A stretch of DNA of 63,636 nucleotides, the filler included, from Rhabdomonas costata (lineage: Eukaryota): NCBI GenBank assembly GCA_019059605.1. It is 17 parts of 17 records of this genome, joined end to end, with 100 filler letters (N's around TTAATTAATTAA, not from the genome) between each part and the next. Parts side by side here need not be neighbours in the genome. Positions count along the whole stretch, not along the records: positions 48,782 to 52,421 come from JAHMHO010000646.1; positions 52,522 to 56,160 come from JAHMHO010000647.1; positions 56,261 to 59,901 come from JAHMHO010000648.1; positions 60,002 to 63,636 come from JAHMHO010000649.1; 13 more parts are not named here. The stretch is one strand, 5' to 3'. A model generated the notes under the pieces. The model was not told the origin of the DNA. It made no database searches and was given only the letters and a program-made list of their open reading frames with translations. The position numbers were made by a program, and so were the translations under genes. Shown one piece after another: positions 52,001-63,636 of this stretch; position 1 is the stretch's first letter; the number at the start of each line of letters is the position of its first letter.

Positions 52001-52286
52001 GTATCCTAAGAAGATATTTTAGCTTTATGAACTATTTTTTTTATTTGATATTGCTCTTATCCCAAACAAACTTCACCTGTTCTAGTGCACCCTTCTTTGC
52101 CACTTCAGAGTCTTTCTCGACGGTCTCCCTCCGTATGGTCGCATCCGGTTTGCAATGTAGGGGTCTGGAGGCCTTCGCGAGGTTTGTGCCGCGGGACGTG
52201 GTGAAGATGATGCTCAGCGGAGCGATGGACCAGGACAGCGGGATGACCTGGCGTACCGTCACCCTGATGTTCACAGACATTGTGGG
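49066..52286 (+). CDS. Receptor-type class III adenylate/guanylate cyclase (extracellular sensor, TM, HAMP-like linker, cyclase), partial; exons 49066-49325, 49415-50120, 51622-51944, 52161-~52286
   Basis: TM segment ILVGILVAVVVVAGGIAAGVALLL, HAMP-like PLERLAKGM..SVISEV...QKSF..M, signalling helix GLEAFARFVPRDVVK, and cyclase start VTLMFTDIVG. Splices are phase-consistent. Confidence 0.9.
50495..50640 (+). repeat. Interspersed repeat copy, homologous to 58580-58780
   Basis: Shared blocks cctttgcaggcctgca, ttcggc.ggg, cctaa..gtaga, caggagtacttc.tgctggca and ggccggaatgc...gtttagagc. Confidence 0.75.
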
Positions 52287-52689
52287 TTTGCCCCCCTCCT
52301 CCCCAGTTTCGACCACCACCGGACCGAGCACCTGTTCTGTTCTGTTCGGCCCCATTTCGTCAACCACCTCCCGGTCACTACCGCGCCGCTCTCATGCAAC
52401 ATTCCCTGCCACCCCACACACNNNNNNNNNNNNNNNNNNNNNNNNNNNNNNNNNNNNNNNNNNNNTTAATTAATTAANNNNNNNNNNNNNNNNNNNNNNN
52501 NNNNNNNNNNNNNNNNNNNNNGGTGTGGTTGAGATGTGGTATGGTATGGAAAATCTTAAAGTAACCACACACCTGCATTGAGTTCCGTTGTTCGTTTTTC
52601 ACCCAGAGGAACGCAATGCAGGTGTGTGGTTACTTTAAGATTTTCCATACCATACCACATCTCATACCATACCACAACTCATCCATTGA

Positions 52690-53620
52690 TGTTGATTGGT
52701 AATACACAGGTTAAAACGCTATTAGATTCCGGAGCTTTAGATTCCATTTGCAGAGGTACACGCTGCAGCAAAGGATTGCGGCGAGAGTAGCGAATGTAGA
52801 AGAACTCACCGTGATCAGTTTTGTGCGAATTGTCGGAAAATTTGGTGTCGCTCCGATTAAGTTGTTTTTAACAGTTATTAAGACGGAAATTCTAGTGGTG
52901 CTCGGCTATGGTTTTTTGACGAGACTAGAGCCGCGGATTCATTTGAAGCGCTGGTGTGTCACGTTTTGGAGAGGTGGAATGATTTACAACATTCAGTGGC
53001 TTCTACAGTAGTAGTGGATTATTGTATATAGTGTAGAAGTGGATTATTTCAGAATTACGTGCTCAACCACAGGTATTATGAAATCTAATCCAGAGAAGGT
53101 TGCTTTAGATCTTCCACCTATCACTCAACTACGGAAAGTATCTGAATTGTGACCCCATTGTTACACAGTTGCAGGTGATGAGGGAAACGACAACACACAC
53201 AACCAGGCTTCAACAAGGATGCATGTCATTTTGTTGCAGACAGAAGCGATCCAATTGTGGTGACCGTTACACAGGGTGCGGAGTCTCTTACAAAGTTGAT
53301 TCCAGAGGTTATTATTTCCACAGTGGTGGATGAGGTAACTCCAACTGAGCACGACAAGCGATCAACAGCTAGGGCTCATGAGCTTAAGTGGAAGGTAGAA
53401 ATTTACCTGGAAATGATGTAAAGAGTGGCCACCTTATACAGTGTTACCAACACCTCATATAACATCAAGAAGTCAAATCAATAAATAGCGCATATCTTTC
53501 CAGAGTCGTTTCACACAGACCACATAATTGATCTGAAGCCATACCGTAATGTACCAGATCAGAGTCTATACCAAATATACCGCCGGAAGGTGATGAATTG
53601 CGGAAGAAACAGAAGAGTCT
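52690..53620 (+). mobile_element. Decayed Ty3/gypsy pol fragment (aspartic protease to pre-RT region)
   Basis: VKTLLDSGA (retropepsin), VVLGYGFLTRLEPRI....VTF, and DHIIDLKP...P....Y. Interrupted by stops and frameshifts. Confidence 0.7.
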
Positions 53621-56290
53621 TTAGGATCTTGGTTTTAATGACTTGGTTTTACACTTGGTTGGTGGCACAATCCACTGCACACGACGCACCTGCACTGCCA
53701 AAACAACATCACACCAACGAACCCACCACACCGCAAGCATCCAGTCCCATCACCACGCTTTCCAACACCACTGCACAAGCACACAAAACTTAACTGAACC
53801 ACACCACAATAGCCTAAGGACACAGCGCACCCACCCCACACCCACCACAATGCCAACATGTCCAAAGCAACAAAAACAAAGTACCAAACACCGCAAAGCC
53901 AACACCATACTTACGAAAGGCCATGGCAACAAGACAGCGTAAAAGAAGGCGAAGACGTAGTGAAGGACACCAAAGCAACCGCAGAACTCCACACATCATC
54001 ATCACCATCACATATCAAGGCCACACGCAGTAGAGGGGGTATTTTGAGTCTATCTTTTAACACCTTTCCATCTTACTCTCACCTTTCATGCCACTATCAT
54101 TATCACAATTGCATTTGGTACGTAGTGGTGGCAAAAGTGCATCACAGGGTCACCGCGCAGTAGGTTATCAAGGGCCACCGGCAGGTAGCATTTACGTAGC
54201 AAGTGTCGAAATCACCAGTACCATGCGACGTATGGTGGTTGTTACACCTCCATTAACTCATCATGTGGTCCTCAAGTCTTATCGTACCACACCTGGCAAC
54301 TGCAGCGGCATCCATACAATTTTTGGGCTCATCTCGGCATCAGGTGTTACCAGGTGTGATCAGAGTGTAGTCACGAAGTCCATTTCACGTGAGGGTCATG
54401 GCCTCAGTAGGTCAACTAAGCATCCGTGCACCCCCTGAAACCACACCTGAGGATCTGCCCCCTTTGTCACACACTTCTTTACACCTTGTTCCACGCTTGC
54501 CTCTAGAGAGTAACTCTGTTTCATCTCTGTGTATGCCTCCAGTGTCACTCTGAGTGGTTGGGGATTCGGATTTGCTCCACCTGATCAACTCTGGTTTATC
54601 TGAGCACGGGATCTGATGGAATATGCAAAATTCTTAGCGGGACTTTGCATGGAGCTCTCTGCACAACACTTGCTCTGGATGTGGTCTTGACTTTGGACGA
54701 AGTGGGCCTCATAGGTGGGGCGGTAGCGGTCCTGCCTCATTGACTGATCTAAACTCTTCTGAAATTCTCCAACTGACCCCTTTGACACACTTCTCTGGAT
54801 CAACTCAGTATTATCCAATTCACAATCCCTATAAAGTGGCTCGTACTTCAGCAATACATACACACTACACACTCTGGAAGGGACATGAGTCTTAGCGTTC
54901 TCAAAAATTGACCTCGGAAAATGTGAATGCTGCCTTCTCCCTGTGGAATTGGGCTTGGGGGTCGAGGCGTGGAGACGTCTCCACTCCTGGGAAATGATGA
55001 AATTCAGGGTCTACCGCTTCTAGGTGGTGAAGGTGATCTCTAACCGCGGCCTCCTCTTCACACGTATCCTCGACCTCTGAACTCCAACATTACTCTGGAA
55101 TCACCCCCCTCTCTGGAGAGGACGTACGCGCTGCATTAAATTGTGGCTGTGGAGTGGGGAAAAACATGACAAAACTCGCCGGGAATGTGGGTGCTAATGT
55201 TGGAAGTGTCACCATTTCGAATGAATTAGCACTTACGTTAACAACACCTTCGGAAACGGTGGAATGGGCACGGCTGACATTTCTTTCTCTGTAGAGGTTG
55301 GAAAGTACTTGCCGGGAAAGTGGTGTGCCCATAACGTATGGCATCTAAATTCATTGCCGCACCCCCCACCGCGATTCTTCTCTAAACGGCGCACTCCGGA
55401 ATCACCAAAACCACTTGTGGAGTGGGTCTCGGCTTTTTGAATACTCCCGGCCATACCCATCGCCCTCACTATGGCCTGGATGCATCTTTTGAAACCTTTG
55501 TCAAAAAGATACTGCAAAAGAGTTTTTTTTGCAAAACATCGCCCCTTCAACGGATTCCCGGTGACAAACTGCTGATGGTAGAATTGAAAATTCCCCTCCG
55601 ACACATTTTATCCTTCCAAGGACGCCAAGGCAATCTCTTTTAGTCGGGCAAGACTTGACTTGGCGCTGCTTTTCCTCTAGAATGCGCCGGGGGCATAAAT
55701 GATCGCAACTTTATCTGGAAGCCACCCCAGTCCTTCAGCTCTTCTTCTTCTTCTTCTGAAACGAGTCAGAAAGTAAATGAGCGGGGTTGCCATCGTACTC
55801 TTGATCTTTCCCTACAATTTTCCGCGTGCCGCTGGATCTGTGGATGCGGGCGCAATTTATTCAAGCGGTAAACCTTCCGCTGAACTCTGTGGACTTGGTG
55901 CTGCCCCGAAAACTTTCCCGGGCTTGGCATATGTTATTCCACTCGTGCCGTTCCGGGCGCGCCCGCGGATTTCCCAATCATTAAAGACTCGGCTCTACGG
56001 CGGATGAGCCACTCCCACGCCGGAAAGGCGATATATAAAAACAAAGAAAACACTTCAACCAGGTAGCGGTCTGCTCTCGGGGACCTGGGGGTCAATTTGC
56101 GGGGTGGGTTCCGGTCCTTCCTTCCTTCATCTTCCACCCAGCAAATTGACCCCCAACCCCNNNNNNNNNNNNNNNNNNNNNNNNNNNNNNNNNNNNNNNN
56201 NNNNTTAATTAATTAANNNNNNNNNNNNNNNNNNNNNNNNNNNNNNNNNNNNNNNNNNNNGTTGGGTTTTCCGGGTGGGCGGGCGGGCAG

Positions 56291-59200
56291 GTGGAGCATG
56301 TTTTGCCCTTCGCGAAGTTTAGCGACGTGCACGGGGTGCAGTCCGCGGTGAACTCCCCCAATGTGCAGCGGCTGCTGGTCCTCCATCTTCCCTCCCCTAT
56401 CCAACGCTGCACGCACTCACGCACGCACGCCTGCGGTGCGCGCGCGCACACACACGCACACACAGAAACACACACGCCGAAATCAACGAAGGGTCCCAGT
56501 CACCCAAAGAAGGGCAAAGCCTCAGAGAGCTGAACAGCAATGGGACAGCGCAGGTAGTTGGGCCAGTGCGCGGAAGGGGTCCCTGTGCAGAACAGTGGGT
56601 CGCGAGGAGTTAGGGGGTGGCCAACCCTGCACAGCTAGCGAGAGCGGGGCATGGCGCAGCCAACGGGTCCACGAGGAAAGAGGAACACGAGTATTTTTCA
56701 AGAGAAAAGGTCACGCATGCGTTTTACACGAATGTTTTTGTTTGTGCATGTGGTGGATGTGCAGGCTAGCCACTCCAGGGCGTTGTACAAGCTGTACGGG
56801 CAGTTTGTCGGCAAGGGCTACCCACCGTCAATTGGGCTGCAGGAGTTCCAGTTCATGGCCAAGGAGCTGGACCTTCTGGACAGGTTTTTTTTCGCAACTC
56901 CTGGGCAACGAAGCCATTAATCCCTGTGCCCCCGCCCCTCCCCAAGTTCACCGGTGTGAAACTACTGGAACTCTGTAGCCCATCAAGGCCTTTTGCTCCC
57001 AAATGGGAAGCCTTTCGGCTGCGTATTTCCGGAATCCGGACTGCGCTTCGCTTGCTTGTATCCCGAAGGCACCGCATTTCCGAGCTTGTCAACAATCGGG
57101 AAATAGGGAATAGGTTCCGTGCAAATTGGTCCTTTTCTCGCCAACCCATTTTCATTCATGCCATAGTCCTCGAGAGCTGGTGATCCAGTAATTCTTCAGC
57201 GAGCGGAGGGTGGGGCGGCGGTGGGCACGTACGTGAACAGTTTAGTTTGGTCTGGAACCACGGTGTGTTCTCTGGATTTCAGAAAATTGTGCGAGAAAAG
57301 GATGTGCTGGGATCAACCCAATTTGGTTGTTGAAAGTGGTTAGGACGCGATGTACGGGTCCCCTGGGATTCTAATCGAGGCTTTTGCAGTGGGTTAGCTG
57401 GCGATGTATGGGTTCCCTGGGATTGCAATAGAAGATTTGCAGGGGTTTAGGAGACAATGTACGGGTCTCCTGGGACTCTTTCCAGGATGGTACTTTCACC
57501 GGTACTTTCACAGGTGCAGCGGAGCGGCCAAAATTCGTAGGGGCTTTCATTGGTTGCACGCATGTGCGGGTTCCAGCAGGATGGGGGGGGGGTCACAAAT
57601 GCACTCATGCCAAAAAAGAAAAGTAAACCTCCCGCTCCTCCTTCCCCCCTCCCCTGCGTCTCTGCAGCGGTGTGGGCTGAGCCGTCGGTGTGGGGTGACG
57701 GGAAAGAGTTGCCTTTGACCGAGGAGGTGCAGCAGCTGCAGCAAGAGAACGACGAAACCAGACATCGCCTGGCGCGGCTGCGCGCGGTGTTTCAGTCCCT
57801 GTACACTCAAGTCAAGGAACTGGAGAAAGGCAAGCTGGTGCTGGAAGAAGTCTCCTCGCTTTCTCCAGGTGCATGGCAGCGCAGGTGAGGGCGAGAGCCG
57901 TGGAGGCCAGCCTTTTTTTCTGAGCGATGTGCATAGCCCCTGTGGGTAAGAAAAGGATGTCGTCGCTGCTTCACCTTTGTGCACCCCAGCCCACGCGCAC
58001 GGTACTGTGAGGGGTTGTGGGTGCTGTCTTTCAGTCGCCACGACATCCATGGAACCCTGGTGGTCGAAGCCATCTCCTGCGGCCCCCGAGCCGGACAAGG
58101 CGAAGGGCCGTGGGCTACGGTTCCTCCCGGATGGCGGGACCTACTGTGGGGACTGGTGCGGAGACGACATGCAGGGCAACGGGGTCCTCACCTTTGCCCG
58201 GGGACAGGGGGTGTATCGGGGCAGCTTCGTGTCCGGCGCCCGCGAAGGCTTTGGGGTGATGGAGGAGGCTGATGGTGCGTGGCTGTGTGTGGCTCGTCGT
58301 GGGTGATCATGCTCAGCGCTTTTTCCATGCTCAGTGGGGTGGGGGCATCTATCGTGTCGTGTCATGCGTTATCGCCAACATCTGTCTCACAAGGCCTCTC
58401 ACCGTGTTATACGTTTACCAGTGTCACATATCAGATGCCTATTTGCTTTCGTGTGGTGGTCCGCCCCGGGGAGCACCCAGCGAGTGGGGAATTGATGCGG
58501 TGAGATGTAGGATAGGAGAGTGGGGAACAGAAGCGAAATGTTAGTGCTCAATGGCTGCCTTTGGAGATACAATGGGTTTTAGGGCCGGAATGCTTCGGTT
58601 TAGAGCTGGGTTAGAGTGTTTTTTCGGGTCATTTTGGTCTGTTTTTCGGCCTTTTTGGCCCTCCCGCGTGAAAGGGCCTTTTTGGCCCTTTGCAGGCCTG
58701 CAGGCTGAGCCTAAGCGTTCGGCAGGGGCTACATAGCCTTCCTAACCGTAGACCTCAGGAGTACTTCTTGCTGGCATCATAATGGGCGTCGGCTGGCCTT
58801 CCTGCTTGCCCCAAAAAAAGAAATACTTGCTAGTGCTGTGCAGACAAGGGTTGCTATCATTGCAATTTTCTCGTGCCCACTGTCGGTGGACTTATTTGTG
58901 TGTTTGTCGGCGGATTCAGGCTCAAAGTACACTGGGGACTACGTCGACGACCAGCGGCACGGCCAGGGCTTGCTGGAGTCCTCCAACGGGGATGTCTACG
59001 AGGGGGATTTCGTCCGTGGGGAATATCATGGGGTGGGCAAGTGCCGGTTTGCCTCGGGAGAGGTCTACGAAGGAGAGTGGGCGCATGGGCAGCCCTGCGG
59101 GGTGGGCACGATGACCCACCCCGATGGCTCCGAGTACCACGGAGAGTTCCGGGTGTGCTTCTGTGAATGAAGAACCTTTGCTGTCATGATCGGTGCTGTT

Positions 59201-59791
59201 GGCGTTGCGTGCGTGTGAGCGCGTGTTCGCGTCGAGACGGTTACCAGTGGGAACAATCATGCACTGCTGGAGCGATCAATTACTGGTGGAGCACACGAGA
59301 ATGACACGTCTTTGGTGCCCCCCCCCCTCCCCCGCAGGCCACGTTCCCGCCTCATTATTGGTGGCTGGCCTTCCAAATTGGTGGCTTCCCGTTAAACCAA
59401 ATCTAGACACAAGATGAACACCCAGGATGCACCCGCACGTTTTGCCAGACCTTCCTTATGCATGTGAAGCCTCTTGTGAATAGCGTTAGCACTGCTTACT
59501 CACTTTTCAGTCCGTTTTCTATAACGGTGGCATTCAGGAGAACCTGTGCCCCACACAAGCTTTGTGGCTTCGAGTTAGCGTCATTTGACAACGAGGTCTC
59601 GCTGGGCATGTGTTTCCGTTACCTTTGAGGAGTTCTGGGTCCGGTTGGAGGCAAGTGTGGGTTAATTCTCGCAGGACGGGCAGAAGAACGGCCGCGGGCG
59701 CTTCACGACAGCAGCCTCGGTGTACGAAGGGGAGTGGAAGGACGACGAGATGCATGGTAGAGGCCGGCAGACCTTCGAGGATGGAAGCTGG
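56291..59791 (+). CDS. MORN-repeat protein with N-terminal EF-hand-like and coiled-coil regions, partial; exons 56291-~56377, 56765-56883, 57514-57536, 57668-57868, 58035-58275, 58920-59152, 59675-~59791
   Basis: At least 7 Y.G.(W/F/Y).....G.G MORN units. A phase-consistent GT-AG chain including a 23-nt mini-exon links the upstream exons. Confidence 0.88.
57335..57480 (+). repeat. Intronic minisatellite, ~54 bp unit, about 2.7 copies
   Basis: atgta(c/t)gggt..cctggga at ~57350, 57404 and 57457, with similar intervening sequence (aat.ga.g.tttgcag.gg.ttag). Confidence 0.8.
58580..58780 (+). repeat. Interspersed repeat copy, homologous to 50495-50640
   Basis: Same blocks as the 50495 copy. The ggccggaatgc block lies upstream here and downstream there, which suggests a tandem unit. 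Confidence 0.75.
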
Positions 59792-60001
59792 TGTGCGATT
59801 ATGATGAAGAGAGCTAAGGGCCATGGGAGGCAGGATGGTGCGCCCGCGGCCGTTCTTCTGCCCGTCCTGCGAGAATTAACCCAAACTTGCCCCCAACCAC
59901 ANNNNNNNNNNNNNNNNNNNNNNNNNNNNNNNNNNNNNNNNNNNNTTAATTAATTAANNNNNNNNNNNNNNNNNNNNNNNNNNNNNNNNNNNNNNNNNNN
60001 N

Positions 60002-63000
60002 TGAGGGTCAGAGGCGTCTTGCCGCTCTCGTCTACCAGGTTGACGTCTGGAGAAAAGGATGTCCTGGCCAGGAGGTTCTCAAGCACATCCAGGGCGCCCT
60101 TCTCCACGGCAGCGATGATCGGGGTGGTGCCCTGCGTGTCCTTGGCATTGGGGTTGAGAAGGCCACCCAGGAGCTTCCGCACTCCGCCCTGGTCGCCCGT
60201 GCGCAGCATCGTGATCAGGGCCACGCCGTTGCGCTGGGGCTCCATGGCCAGGTCCTGAATCCCCTGCAGGGCGTCCTCTTCCGTCACCTCGTCCAGCTCA
60301 AACACCTTTGTTTTCACATGGGACAGAGCAACAAGGAGTTGAGTGACTTTTTCCAGAGGAAGGGATGTTTCTTTTTCGGTTCGGATTTTTCACATTTTTC
60401 AAAAAAAAAGTGCCATAGAGAGAACCCTTACGCGTAAGAGCATAACAAGTGCAAACGAAGCCCTTCCCCATTGTGACCCTGTTTGAGGCACTGGCTCGGG
60501 ATTTGCTCGCCAGCTCGTTTTCGATGCACTCTTCTTCTGGGGGTTGGGCGGCAGCTCCACCCCTCTGCCTCTGTGTATGAGCATATGAGTGCGCAGCACG
60601 GTCTTGGAGCAACGGTAGCAGCAAAACGCCCCCGTTCTGGGACCCGGCTGGTTTCTTGGTCAACACAGCCCCAAAACCGTCTGTGCGGATTGGATGGGGC
60701 GATATTACCCACAGCTCTCAAGCCAAAACGTGGAACCACAAAGCAAAGAAGAGGGAACGAGGGTTGCGGGGAGGCTGTCTCCCCCACGCACATACTTCGA
60801 CGCCGTCTAAGTTACGGTGCAGCTGGCTCTCCAAGAACTTCTTGCCTGCCTGGCCCAGCCGCTGCTTGACCTTGAACCACGTATTAAACCGGAACAAGAC
60901 CTCCTGCAAAAAAACAGACACGCAGAGCCATGAGTGAACGCGCACACCAAAATAGAATTATCGATGACACGGTGATACGGTACCAGAGCACACCTAAGGA
61001 CAAAGACCCACCTACACACGGGCCTGAGGGGCACAGGAAACGGGGGGTTGGCTTACGCGGCCTCTCGCTCTCCGCGGCCTCTACGCCATCCGGCTGGGAT
61101 GGTAGCTTTCGCTGCGCTCCTCGCGGTGGGGCCACCCTTTGCCTGGCCTCCAATGCGCCTGGCTTGCAAGGCCCTTCCCGTACAATGGGGTAAGTGGGTG
61201 GGGTAATTAACTTCCGGCCATCGGTCTGGCGGCTGACTGTGTGGGAAGCACCATGGACACGGTAGTCGGTACTGCTTGCATTCGGCAATTGGAAGCGACT
61301 CTTACACCGGATCTCTTATGATTACACCAGTGCGCACACGCAGGCAACGCTTGTACCGACCAATGTGTATTGGGCAGCATCGCATCCAACACTCCGCAAC
61401 CGTGACCTTCACCTCAATGAGAGATGACTCCGGCAGGCTTGTTGGTTCAAGGAGGCAAACGCACACGCACAGCCAGCATCGTCTTTATTCGATTTCTCTG
61501 CGTGGCTGTTCTTTGTGGAACAATTGCGACAAAGAGGAGTGGGGTGAAAGGGCTGGAAGGGTGTACCTGCTCCTTCCCAAAGGCGGACAGCGCGCTGATG
61601 CCGCGGGCTCGTGTGAGCCCGCCCCGCAGTGCATTCACCATGAACAGCGTCCCGTTGGCGGCCTTGCCTGCCTTGCCCTCCAGGAACTCCTTCGCCACTT
61701 TGGCGTCCAAAGTGGTGCTGCTGAACGCCGACCACACCAGGAAGCGCCCCTCTTGGTACTGCTCCTGCGGCAACACCGCCCATGGAAGTGCCCCAAACCG
61801 AACTGCCAGGCCATAGTTGATAACCAAGTACTACCTTTGCTGTCCTGAAGCAAGCAGCCTGAGGAGGAAGGGCAAACTCCTGACAAGAAGGGATGAGTGG
61901 AAAGAGGGGGGGACCATGTCCACTTGGGCGTTGATCCCGCGGTACAGGGGGGTCGCCGTTTCCACTGGGGGCAGCTCCTGCAGGCCCGCGTCCAAGTACA
62001 GCGCAAGGTCCTTCCACTTCTCCAGCGCAGCCTTGTCCTTCCCCCGCAGTGCGGCGTTCATCTGAGAGACAGACAGAGAGAGCCTAACAGGTACGGAGAG
62101 GCTTCTCCCCCTGCCAGCCATTCTCCAATGAACCGTCGCCAAGGTTGCAATTTCCAATAAGTCAAGCCTCTGTCTTCCCTTTTGGGTCCCTGAGCCCCAA
62201 GCTCCGTCGTGAAAGCTTCCATAGCTTCCACCATAGGCTCCCAAAGAAGGCCTTAATCAAGGACTTGAGGGCTCACACCCCGCCATAGCGTACCCGGCAG
62301 ACCTCTCTTACTATGACCAACCGCTCCCACCCGTTTGCCGGATCATTGATCAGAGGGGGGGGGTAACCTTGGAGTAGATTTCCGTCTCCAAGGTATAGGT
62401 ATGCACTGCGGCCACTCCCTCCCAGGTCAGCTTTCCGCCAAACGGGTTGTCTGGTTTGGCGGGCGGGTAGGTCTTCAGGAATTCCGTGGCATACAACTTG
62501 ACCTTGTCCTGCACCTGCTCCGCCGTCGGGTGCTCGGCCAAGTGCAGACGCACCAGCCACTCCATAAAGGCCGCCTTGGCCGCTCCTTTCGCCTGTGCTA
62601 CCATCTCCGCAGTGATGTCCTCCCCCTCCTGCAGTAGGCCGGTGGGGTAGTGGTTCCGCAGGAAGTGCTCCCACATGGAAACCTTGGGCACTGCGGTACT
62701 CGCCGAGGAGGACTCCGTGGCTGTGGCCGTAGCAGTGGTCGGGTCAGAAGGCTGGGCTGTGCCGCAGCAGTGGCAGGTGGAGTCCGGGCAGGGCAGGGAG
62801 AAGGGGTGGGCCTCGTCTTCGAAGTGCCCCGCGAGGTCACTGCGGTGGGAATGCATGTGCATGTGCACTCACAAAAGCTGCTCGATGCTTGATGCGAAGC
62901 TACAAGCACAGATTAGAGAACGACTCTGCAGGGTATCTTTGGCTTTGCTGCTATGTACACTCGCCAGCCAACAGAAGCCTCCACAGCACCTCCGCAGTTC

Positions 63001-63207
63001 CCCAGTGGGTGTGCGATGAGCGCACACACAAACAACTCGAAATGCAACGTGCACACACCTCGTGAAGTTCTTGCAGTGGGGGCACACGTAGTACTCCTCC
63101 AGACTGCACAGATCCAGAGCCGCCAGCACCTCGCTCATGGTTTTGCTGGGCTTCGTCACCGTAGCGTCCAGAAGGGACTGTTTGTGGGAATCGGGAAATG
63201 GGTAACG
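60002..63207 (-). CDS. C2H2-like Zn finger + R-S-E clade mono-ADP-ribosyltransferase + ankyrin repeats, partial; exons 63207-63059, 62839-62368, 62061-61915, 61764-61567, 60903-60796, 60305-60002
   Basis: CPHCKNFTSDLAGHFEDEAH; AVHTYTLETEIYSKMNAALR; LYRG; WSAFSSTT; GTLF; ISALSAFGKEQEVLFRFNTWFKV; ankyrin units NAKDTQGTTPIIAAVEKG and VNLVDESGKTPL. All junctions are phase-consistent GT-AG. Confidence 0.9.
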
Positions 63208-63636
63208 CTGGAAAAAGACTTCCGGGAAGACCGTTCGACTTCCGGGGACTAACCAGCTCACCGGAGTCCAAAGGTCGATTTCTGCAGCTGTTCGTCTTTT
63301 ATGCCCGACACTTTTTTCAACTCTTTGACGAGACTTTTCGAGATCAGGTCAGTCCCACTGTTTCAAATTGTGGGCCTATCTGTCATTCCTCCCGAAAAAT
63401 GCTAACCCGAGCGGAGCCAGTCCGCCTGGCCATGGCATGGGGTCCGAGACCGAGGCCTAGGCTTCGGCTGGCTGCCGGTTTGTGAGGGAGGGAAAACACT
63501 GACTCGGAGCCCATCGCGTTCTCAGGACTAGGCAGGGTGCCCACCGTCCCTGTGAACTACTTTTGTGCGCGGTCGTCTTTTCCTACTTTGCTGTGGTTTG
63601 CCTATTAAGAAATATTGTATACAAGAATATGTAGAT

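Noticed and set aside
52530-52664. Perfect 51-bp inverted repeat at a contig start
   Set aside because: It is identical and sits at the extreme contig end, typical of a fold-back read chimera, unlike the internal and diverged structure at 35296.
54585-54872. Possible retrotransposon gag fragment (KGSVGEFQ) on the minus strand
   Set aside because: Only a weak resemblance to the Q.GSV.EY motif, and no zinc knuckle could be confirmed.
57335-57480. CRISPR-like spacing (22-bp conserved core every 54 bp)
   Set aside because: The intervening segments resemble each other, there are only 3 degenerate copies, it is intronic and there are no cas genes. It is a minisatellite.
59643-59898. Inverted copy of a MORN intron/exon boundary at a contig end (a smaller case at 56086-56156)
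   Set aside because: Terminal, near-identical, and degrading into C/A-rich low-quality sequence, so probably a library or assembly fold-back artefact.
3651-60001. Regularly spaced TTAATTAATTAA motif as a biological repeat, and gene neighbourhoods across it
   Set aside because: It is a six-frame-stop linker padded with Ns joining similar-sized contigs. No operon or cluster inference across spacers is valid.
60960-61200. GVGLRGL motif resembling the post-RT GGLGL motif of non-LTR retrotransposons, inside the ART gene intron
   Set aside because: A single short motif is insufficient without a profile search.

Overview
This window is not one locus. It is 17 unrelated contigs of about 3.6-3.7 kb joined by artificial N..TTAATTAATTAA..N spacers, so adjacency across a spacer has no biological meaning. 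The DNA is eukaryotic: GC-rich exons, many mostly GT-AG spliceosomal introns, and decayed Ty3/gypsy remnants. The gene style suggests a euglenozoan or euglenid-like protist, which is an inference. Recognisable partial genes are a papain-family protease, a Thg1-like 3'-5' polymerase, class I DAHP synthase, VPS13, Nup205, a SWSAP1-like ATPase, eIF2B-delta, a Pex24/Pex30-type protein with four DysF domains, a receptor nucleotide cyclase, a MORN-repeat protein, and a Zn-finger/ADP-ribosyltransferase/ankyrin protein. The most unusual structure is contig 33745-37390. Two diverged paralogous spliced genes, both under purifying selection, read outward from a 105-bp near-perfect palindrome centred at 35296. 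That palindrome can be read as the same exon on both strands. A DAHP synthase intron also appears to need a non-AG acceptor. All family calls are from motif recognition by eye; no database search was run.
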